A stretch of DNA of 64,000 bases from Eledone cirrhosa (lineage: Eukaryota), in contig OZ024745.1 in NCBI GenBank assembly GCA_964016885.1, positions 83,328,001 to 83,392,000 on the forward strand, given 5' to 3'. Made by a program: the position numbers and the translations under genes. The notes under the pieces were generated by a model. It was not told the DNA's origin, did no database searches, and saw nothing but the letters and a program-made list of their open reading frames with translations. This document shows positions 54,634 to 64,000 of the stretch, one piece after another. Position 1 is the stretch's first letter. Each line of letters starts with the position of its first letter.

Positions 54634-55137
54634 AAGTTATTATATATTGGTAAACGGAATAGAAAATGCTGACAAATTGTTCACAGTTGAAAAATGGTTT
54701 AATTAGGAATAAAAGAGTATTAGTGATTGTATGGGTTAGTATTCAGTTGTGGTTTTAAGTTTTTAAGTTTTTACCGGTTGCGCATTTCTAAATGCTTTTC
54801 AAAAATAATTTTGAGATAGAGTGTCCGTGTTGTTTCCTCTGATCTGATTAGTTTTGGGAATTCTACCTGTTTTTATGTTAAAAAAGTGGCTCCAGCGTTA
54901 CTTTGGTGTTGCAAAAATTCTTGTGGTCAAAACAATTTTGATTGGTCGGTAGAGGTCATGTGAATGTAAAAAATTGATTTTGCGCCAAGATTGTTTTTAT
55001 GTTAAAAAAGTGGCTCCAGCGCTATTTTGTGTTTGCAAAAATTCTTGTGGTCAAAACAATTTTGATTGGTCGGTAGAGGTCATGTGAATAAAAAATTGGT
55101 TTTGCGCCAAGATTGAGAAATGACTCTTTCACAACAA

Positions 55138-55175
<38 letters not shown>

Positions 55176-55241
55176 TAGTAGTAAGGTGTTCGATGTTGTG
55201 ATAATGGTTAGCAGGGATGTGTGTCAAATGGCTATTAAGAT

Positions 55242-55298
<57 letters not shown>

Positions 55299-55650
55299 GC
55301 AGAGTAATTCGTGGTAGCAGGGATGGTCAGTAAGAATGTGTCTGAAAGCAATGGGGGGTATTTTAGCATGTCAAAAGATATTTTTCAGCTTTTGTCTTAT
55401 ACGGAGAAGTGCGTGTGTGTGTGTGTGTGTGTGTATAAGTCTCTTTATATGTTAATGTACGCGTGTGTATGTGTGTGTGTATATATATGTGTGTGTGTTT
55501 GTGGGTGGACCAGTATTTTTTCCCCCTGGTAAAATGGTGTACATTATTCGATTTTTTCAGTAAAATCGGTTCTCCTAGTAGAACATCAAAAATATTAACA
55601 ATAAAAGGTGTGAAATGATATTCACTACATATATATACACATACATATAT

Positions 55651-55740
<90 letters not shown>

Positions 55741-55868
55741 TACACATATATTTTTCTGTGTTGCACCATAGAGCATGTGTGTCTACGTATGTCATTGTGT
55801 TTATATGTGGGTGGAGATGTGTGCTGATGTAGGTATGTATGTTAACGTGTGTATGTTGTGGGTTCGTC

Positions 55869-56560
55869 TTAGGGAGAAGTGTTTAGACGGGGTCCGTATT
55901 TGTTAATAAAGTAAGATTCCTTGCTGATGCGCTGGGTGTGGGTGGCATTATCTTTAAATTTGTAGAGGGGAAAGATTCTGAAGTTGGGATGATTTTGGGT
56001 GGCACAGGTATCAATGTGTTCACTCAGTGGAATTTTCCTGTATTCCCGTATTTTAATTTGGGATCTATGGACAGTCATGCGTTGGCGGAGGCTGTTTTTG
56101 GTCTGGCCTATGTATTGTTCTCGACAACCTGAGCAAGTTAATACATATATTAGATTTTCCGATGCACATGTGAAATTGTGTTTTACTATAAAATGTTGTC
56201 CATCTTTGAAATAGAATTCCGAACCCTCTATTAGGTTGATGAAAATGCCACACTTGGGTCTATCGCATTTTTTTACTGTGGGTTTCGTCGTTGTGGTTGG
56301 CAGTACTTTGGCATGTGTTAGGATGTTTTTCATTGACTTGGATTGTCTTTTGCTCTTTATGATATCGTGTGTTCGTAGAATTTGGTTCATTCTATGGTCC
56401 ATTTTCAACACAGGGATGTTCTGGAGGATGGTGTCAAAGGCCTCATTGTTCAGAGGGTTGTGTGTGGAGATGTATGGAAGAGCTTTTAGTTTCGGTTGAT
56501 TTACTTTAGGGTGTCTAAGGTCCTGGGTACAGAGTTTTAGGGCACGTTGGATTCCATTGT
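55869..56560 (-). pseudogene. Second GIY-YIG copy within the upstream pseudo-LTR
   Basis: Near-identical translation to 50985-51678. Confidence 0.9.
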
Positions 56561-57022
56561 CTTGGCGCAAAACCAATTTTTTATTCACATGACCTCTACC
56601 GACCAATCAAAATTGTTTTGACCACAAGAATTTTTGCAAACACAAAATAGCGCTGGAGCCACTTTTTTAACAGAAAAAACAGTCTTGGCGCAAAATCAAT
56701 TTTTTACATTCACATGACCACTACCGACCAATCAAAATTGTTTTGACCACAAGAATTTTTGCAACACCAAAGTAACGCTGGGGCCACTTTTTTAACATAA
56801 AAACAGGTAGAATTCCCAAAACTAATCAGATCAGAGCAAACAACACGGACACTCTATCTCAAAATTATTTTGGAGAAGCATTTAGAAATGCGCAACCGGT
56901 AAAAACTTAAAAACTTAAAACCACAACTGAATACTAACCCATACAATCACTAATACTCTTTTATTCCTAATTAAACCATTTTTCAACTGTGAACAATTTG
57001 TCAGCATTTTCTATTCCGTTTA

Positions 57023-57100
<78 letters not shown>

Positions 57101-57185
57101 AAAGTTCTAATTAAAGTTGTTGGGATACAACAAGTAAATATTTTTATAACTGATATAAAGCACTCGACAAGTTTTTGGAGTAGAT

Positions 57186-57531
57186 ATACGATATTAATAA
57201 ATGGAAACTATATTTATAAAACCATATTTATTTCATTATACATATTTCAGGGATACCACATTAAATTATGGTATGCTTTCATCAGACAAAATACAATATA
57301 AATAGTTTTACAAATAGCTTTGACGTACCCTTTTAAAATGCAACCATTACTTTTGGAGGCTGTCCAAAAGTAATGGTTGCATTTTAAAAGGGTATGTCAA
57401 AGTTATTTGTAAAACTGTTTATATTGTATTTTGTCTGATGAAGGCATACCATAATTGAATGTGGTATGCCTGAAATATGTATAATGAAATAAATATGGTT
57501 TTATAAATATAGTTTCCATTTATTAATATCG

Positions 57532-57533
<2 letters not shown>
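57186..57533. repeat. Fold-back palindrome, ~172-bp arms, with two outward-facing canonical hammerheads
   Basis: CTGATGA-AGGCATACCATA(ATTGAA)TGTGGTATGCCT-GAAA-TATG-TA at 57435-57481 (+); mirror copy at ~57239-57286 (-); centre ttttgga-ggctg-tccaaaa. Confidence 0.9.
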
Positions 57534-57606
<73 letters not shown>

Positions 57607-57609
<3 letters not shown>

Positions 57610-58469
57610 TGTGTGTTAAAAATAAGTGTTAAAACGATCAAATTTTAGTTTAGAACATTTATTTTCTGACAATTGTTTCTTCCAGAGGGAAGTCTGGCAT
57701 CATCGGAGCATAAGGAAAGTTGAAACATGTTACTAAAGTCCTAGTCATTTAGAACATTTACGGTACAGAATTGTTGTTAGTGTAATAATTGTTGTTAATG
57801 TCATCATGTGGAGAGTCAGGAGTTGGAAAGATGTTCTGCTTGAGAGAACACAATTACAGGCAGCATTGGTTGCAATTGCAATAAGTATAAGTAAAAAGCA
57901 CAACCCCCCAAAAAACAGGCAAACAAGTTATAAGCAAGGAAAATTGGTGTACAATACAGTCAATAAGGCATGTATGAGGAAAGAGTTATAATGCAGTTGA
58001 AATAAACATATTTTGTGTGGCGTGTTAAAGCGTGTTATAATTGTTATAAATGTTTAGGATAGTGTGAAATTTGTTAGAGAGGCATGTGGTGATAATGTAG
58101 GCATGTGTTATGTAAGCTGTAATGCAAAGCACGTGATAGAGTGGGATATGTGATTTTCATTTAGGTGTTTTTGTGTTGTAGTTCGTATGTATGTGTTTAT
58201 GTTGTTTGTTACTCACAGCTATTAACCATAGGATTACTGGCCATGTTGTTATTGTAGGTATATTATTTTATGCATTTTTTATCTACAAATTATATTTCCT
58301 AAGCTTTGTATTAACTGTTATTAAGCTGTTGGTAAACCGGTCGGCATAGCCACACATTTCTCCATGTCTCTTGACCTTTGACAATCGTGAAACTTGTGAA
58401 ACCGGTAAAGACATGAATTATTGTAAATGAATCTTCTTAAAGACTCCGTTGGCATTTTAACCGTTTTTA

Positions 58470-58470
<1 letters not shown>
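57607..58470. mobile_element. Microsatellite-flanked PLE-like remnant with hammerhead-like motifs near both ends
   Basis: 57664-57710 (-): TGCT-CCGATGA-TGCCAGA..TCTGGAA-GAAACAATTGTC. 58363-58415 (+): catgtct..TTGACAA..GAAACCGGTA-aagacatg. Confidence 0.5.
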
Positions 58471-58552
<82 letters not shown>

Positions 58553-58555
<3 letters not shown>

Positions 58556-58900
58556 GAATCTTGGGTAATGACCGAAAGAATCCGATTGCGAATACGAGCG
58601 GCCGAAATGATCTTTGGAGAAAAGTTACTCGATACAGTGCGTAGCTCGGACATCCGCTGCTGCTGCTCCGAATTGAGAGATCACAGCTCCGATACGATGG
58701 CTCGCAGTTAGAATGTTTCTAGAAAGAATCGCTGGACAGATTTTACGGGCAAAACCAACCAGCTGGAGAACCAGGGGGTAGAACCCGAGCAAGATGGTTG
58801 GATAACATCCATGAGCTTCGCTGGTCTCGCTTGGGAATCCAGCCGGATCAGTTGCAGACGGTTTCACACAGGAACCTCTCAGGAATAAGTGGGTGAAGAA
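58553..58900 (+). pseudogene. RTE-clade (Expander/Rex3-like) LINE 3' fragment
   Basis: HESWVMTERIRLRIRAAEM...LDTVRSSDIR; LLLRIERSQLR and RWLDNI in other frames. Confidence 0.7.
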
Positions 58901-58944
58901 GAACATATATACATGCATACACTCAGACGTACATACAAACATCA

Positions 58945-59487
58945 ATAAAATGCAGGCATAACAGACCAGATATTATGATATGGGACAGGGAGAAGAATGC
59001 ATGCACAGTAGTGGAAATTAGCTGCCCAGCAGATGCCAATATAATATCAAATATTAGTGAAAAGGTGAATATTTATGCAGAACTGATGAGAAATCTGCAG
59101 ATACTCCACCCTGATTACACCTTCAGATTTATGCCTGTGATTATTGAGGCACTAGACTACCCAGGAACAGAAAGAACACAATTAGTTAGGAAATTACAAG
59201 TACAATCCATTAATGGAACAGTAAAATATGTAAAACATTCCAAATATTTTGCATCTAATAACTGCATATACACATATACAGATGCAAAGCATATACACAT
59301 GCACACATACAACTCAAAACATACACATCCACACATACAATAACATCCATATCTGCACATGCATGCATACATACATATCTACCTACTCGATGTTGTGTAC
59401 ATTCCAATGAGAGAGTCTTGTGTCTATGTTAGAAATCGACTCTCTCTCTATTGGTAAAACTTTGTGAAATTATAAAACCAGAATAAC
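58945..59487 (+). mobile_element. 3' fragment of an RLE-type non-LTR element ending in a (CATA)n-like tract
   Basis: HNRPDIMIWD...VVEISCP...EKVNIY...PVII. Confidence 0.75.
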
Positions 59488-59521
59488 ATACACACGTACA
59501 TAAATAAATACATACATACAT

Positions 59522-60193
59522 AGGTGGGCCATCAGTCGACAATAAATGTAGGCTATGTAAAACACAGATCGAAGATGTTAGCCACATTGTTGGCAACTGC
59601 AAAAGAATGTCGTCTCGCTACTACCTCCCTATGAGTCACGAAGTGATAGCTAGAACCATCTGGAACACACTTAGGAAAACAAAATTAAAAACAAATGAGG
59701 AGGAATTTGTTCAGATAGATGGCACTAAAGAATACTGGTGGAACCTGAAAATAAAAACTCCAACCAAATAAAGCACAGCCGGCCTGATATTGTTGTTTGG
59801 GACCACACATTGAAAACGTGCTGTGTTGTAGAGATCAGCTACCCACTTGATGTCAACGTTGTAAGAAAATTACAAGAGAGGAGGACATCTACGAACCATT
59901 GATGAGGAGTGTGCAGTCCAGTATCCAAGATACACCTTCAGCTTCATACCCATCATTATTGGGGCTACAGGTTATATACCAACCCGCTTGGACCCAAGTA
60001 TAACAGAACTTGGATGTGTGGAGAAAGAGAACAGCTTCCTAATTCATAGACTACATATGGCTGCGATAGGTGGCACCTTCAAAATTTGCAAAGCATTCTT
60101 GCGATTCAAGGGATAACAATTTCTTTTCTTTTACAATCTTACCACCAGGACGGTGGCCGGTCAAAAATGTACTCGAAATTAAGAGAAAGAGAT
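59522..60193 (+). mobile_element. 3' fragment of a second RLE-type element, with (CATA)n on both sides
   Basis: CRLCKTQIEDVSHIVGNC, HSRPDIVVWD, VVEISYP, IPIIIGATG by manual translation. Confidence 0.75.
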
Positions 60194-60627
60194 GCATACA
60201 TACATACATAAATACATACATACATATAGGCATACATTCTCTTGAATATGTATCGTCTACATAGCCGCTGTTCCTGTTCAAATTAACAAGCAAATCACAC
60301 TAATTACTCTCTTCAAATTATAAATATTTTGGTAATTTAAGTAAATAATACATTTTATAAATGGAACTACATAATGATGAACTGTTTAAACCAATTACCT
60401 TAACAAATTTCAAACATGCTTTATTTTTTATTTAATATTTTTGTAGTATATGTTTTACGTTATTTTATTGTTTACTGTGTGTTTTGTGTTCAGTTTTATG
60501 AGACTTTTAATAATATAATCATCTGTTCTACAGTTTGTTTTTCTTTGAGTCTTACTTAGTGACTCGTCGGTAAAGAAGAATATGAAGTGTTTCATATGAT
60601 AATATAAGGGTCTAAAAACGCTAATAA

Positions 60628-61798
60628 TCTATACATATATATAAAACTGTAGTTGTCTGTGTGTCTCTCCTCATTTTTGCAAATCTATACAAATCCACAT
60701 TTCTACGCCGATTGACGTCAAACTTGAATTTATATATTCTTTGCGGTCTAAAGATTTTAACTGCACCTTTTATTTTTCAATTTTCTGTTGTTAAAGGGGT
60801 GTTAGGCGCCGGTTATCTATCTCCGTCGGGCCCTTATAATATCTGTCTGTATGCCTGACTGTCTGCATTGCGACATTATGACAAACATTGATGACGTATT
60901 ATGTTCGCTATTTTCCGTTCATTGCCAGGGAACGCTTTCACGAACCAAAGTATCGTCTTCCTGTTTTCCTTCGGTTGCAACGTTTTTCGAAATATTTACT
61001 TCTGCGTTCACAGATTGATTTTTTTAGTTTCAGAAGATCCCGTTAAGGGTGAAAGCAGCGATTCTTTGCTTAAACTTTAATCTGTTATTTTAATATATAA
61101 TATAAGCGAGGCAACCCAGCCCAGTTGCCACTTCTTGCCAATAAACATTAACCCTTTGTGCGCCATTTATCTAACTGTAGACCAACACATACCAACTAAA
61201 CGGAACATTGACAAGAACGACGGCAAATGAATCTTCGAGGTAAACAGTTTCCTCCGGAGCTGTTATTTCACGCGGGATTCTCTGCTACACTTTTTCGTAA
61301 TAATACCGAACAACGTACTGCTGGTTACTCTTTCCTCCAAAAGCCGTACAAAACGGACATGTGCATCGGGCAGATGGATCGGGTGCAAGTCTACACCAGG
61401 CCTACGCGAGAAATTCGCAAGGGACTGCACCGAGAGGGATAGAGAGAAAGAGTAACTTAGTGGAAAGTGTGCGAATGAACTTTTGAGGTAAGTAGCCTAC
61501 GCCTTACTGCTATGACACTGGAACCTTCTGCCAACTTAACCTGTAACTTTCTCTTTCATATTTACTCCAATAGGCCAAAACAGAGGAGTATGAAAAGAAG
61601 GGGTTCAACAATATTTCTATGAACAATGCACGTAGACAGCTAAAGTGTACTTTCAACTTCTTAATTTTCTCCAAATAAAACAAGTTTCCTGTCGGTATAT
61701 GTTCCTGAGTTTTTAACAGGCACTCACAAATAAATGTTTCTCATTGGAGGTGCTATTACCAATGTTCTTACCTGTGCAACGCTGGGATACACTGCTAG
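60628..61798 (+). mobile_element. Non-autonomous Helitron-like element carrying a family Q fragment (60885-61095)
   Basis: Start A|TCtatacatatatataaaactg; end cctgtgcaacgctggg imperfect hairpin...CTAG|T. Confidence 0.62.
61026..61076 (+). ncRNA. Hammerhead fold with CAGAAGA core (family Q)
   Basis: AGTTT-CAGAAGA-T-CCC(GTTAA)GGG-T-GAAA-GCA(9 nt)TGC-TT-AAACT. Confidence 0.6.
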
Positions 61799-62741
61799 TT
61801 ATATATAACGTTATTGTTCTAACAAACTGCAACGAATTCACACGAAGATATGGAGAAAAAAATCGATAATAAGGAAACTATAATACGTCTTTAGAAAACA
61901 AGTGCAAATGAAAAACTGCTTACAAATATAAAACTTCACAATAAAACAACAATAAAACAACAAAGGTAAAAAAATGTACTGCAGAAACCAGTTGAATTTG
62001 AAACAAATAAATAAGCTGAGGATATAGAATACGTTCAATCGGAAGTCTTGCAATTGAAAAACCAACCTTTTGTGTACTATGCCCAACCTCAACATCTAAA
62101 AATTGTTATCCCCACTTCCAACTTTCATAAGAAAACAGCGATGATCAACTGTAAAATGTAAACAAATTGGCTTATAGGGGGTGCCAGATGCACAATAACA
62201 TGTGTGGCGGAGGTGAGACAGGTTTTTCAGACAGTAATGTGTACCAAAGTTGCCTTAGTGTAAAAGTAATTTGGTAAAAACCTAAAATGTGTTTCTCATT
62301 AACATCATTTTCAAATTTCCCCTTTATATATTCAAATGCACCCTCCCCCCCATCGTGGGGTGTGAGTCCAACGTTCGGAATCACTGAAATGTAGGATATA
62401 TCAGTAACAACTAGTTATGATATACTCACTTATCTTTCAAATCGAATTAGACTCAAAAATATTAAAAAAACTAAGTAAACTCTATAAGAAAATTCTGCTA
62501 TTACTTCAGAGGATGATAAACTCATACTGAAATACGCTGCTCACCTTCGGTGCCACATTCTAACTATAACCGAAATATGACAACCACAGTAAAACAAACT
62601 AGAATGAGACTATGATATAAAGCTCAACATAAATCAAAATATAACAATATCATGAAAGATGTCAATGAACTTTCAGATTTAATTCAAGGTGAATCTAATA
62701 AAAATTGAAAGAAATCTAACAATAGATATTAACACAAAATA

Positions 62742-62925
62742 GGCGGTGAATTAGCAGAGCCGTTAAAATGTCGTAAAATTGCCATATTCATTCCGGAACT
62801 GCACTCTGACTTCAAATCCCGCCGAGATCAACTTTGTCGTTTATCCTTTTGAGATCGATAAAAAGTCTCCGTCTAGTACTAGGGTTGATTCTTCTAGATC
62901 TTTTTTGTCTTTCTCTTCAAAAATC
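62742..62925 (+). mobile_element. Older tRNA-derived SINE copy
   Basis: ggcggtgaattagcag A box, ttcaaatcccgccgag B box, decayed core. Confidence 0.75.
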
Positions 62926-63860
62926 GGCTGTGTTCAGACATGGAGAGAAACGCCGCATATCATTAAGATATACGCCAGGAGTTACGGGTTCACACATACA
63001 TACAAAGTAACGTATATCTGGTCATGGTAAAAGAAGGATATATTGGAAATATTCTTAATACACTCTACGAAAAAAAACAAGTTAATACAAATTCAGAAAG
63101 GTAATACTACCCAACTAGTAGTTAGAATAAATAAATAAGTAACGGAAATAAATGAAAGAACAGCAATTGCTTATTTACTCCACCGTTTGGTGAATGTCCC
63201 CCGCCGGATATATGCGAACAGTAAAACAACACATACAAATAAATCTATGTACATATTTGTGGGCGTCTGAGCGTGTATGCATGTACATATGTATGTAAAT
63301 GTATTTTTGTATATGTTTGTATAGATCAGCTTTAAAAAATACTAATCATACCACAATTCAATATGTATTGTACATATTAATACGTACAATTTATATATTA
63401 TCTTATAATTTGAATAATTTATATCACAGTCGAGCTTATCTGGTTCGGTTTTCACCCAGAATTTCGTCAACAACAAATACTATTGTTATTACTTGTAGAT
63501 GTAAACAAGTATTATAGCAGATTTTATTACAACTAAGCAAAAGAAAAAATTAATATGTTATGTAAATTCTAAACGTGTATGTTATTCCAGAGAAAATTGT
63601 AAATGCCATTAATATTCTCTATACGAACACAATAGCCCATGGACTCCCGCTTCATATTGACACATAAGTTTAATGAATTCTTGCAGGTGCGCTCCGCCTA
63701 GATACTTTCTCATTCTACTATCTCCTATTAGCATTCGACTCTGATATGAGAATTGTCACAGATGCAGCGTGCACGGAAAATTTGGTCAAATTCGGTTGGG
63801 AATTGTAAAAGCCTTAGGTGTCCAAAGTTGTCCACAGACACACACACACACATCCTCGCT

Positions 63861-63948
<88 letters not shown>

Positions 63949-64000
63949 TATTATTCTTTTGACAATGATAACAAAGGCAAGTTATTTTACATATGAGATA

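Noticed and set aside
61800-64000. Host exons in the unique-looking AT-rich end of the window (also 42.6-43.9 kb)
   Set aside because: No protein-like ORF or supportable splice pattern; small exons cannot be excluded without RNA data.

Overview
Eukaryotic, AT-rich and almost entirely repeat-derived DNA with no recognisable host gene. A tRNA-derived SINE that I recognise from octopus-type genomes, plus dense (TA)n/(CA)n/(GA)n tracts, suggests an octopod cephalopod (inference). Layout: (1) 1-7385 is a tandem array of ~18 copies of a ~425-bp unit. Almost every unit carries a type I hammerhead ribozyme (HHR) fold on the minus strand, which makes it a retrozyme-like satellite; further inverted copies lie at 36.1-37.4 and 48.2-49.5 kb. 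(2) 7.7-29.3 kb is a pile-up of (AAT)n-associated non-LTR retrotransposons: a Tx1/L1-type APE-RT element, two R4/Dong-type RT-RLE families and a SINE. (3) 29.5-61 kb holds Penelope-like elements (PLEs; RT + GIY-YIG) and many (TA)n-flanked fold-back palindromes, most of which carry outward-facing minimal HHRs, often with non-canonical cores (UUGANAA, CCGANGA, CAGAAGA). Helitron-like non-autonomous elements, RTE fragments and (CATA)n-flanked RLE LINE fragments also occur. The best candidate for an undescribed system is the PLE-linked hammerhead satellite together with the set of variant hammerheads. Coordinates were read by eye and may be off by a few bases; no folding or database search was run.
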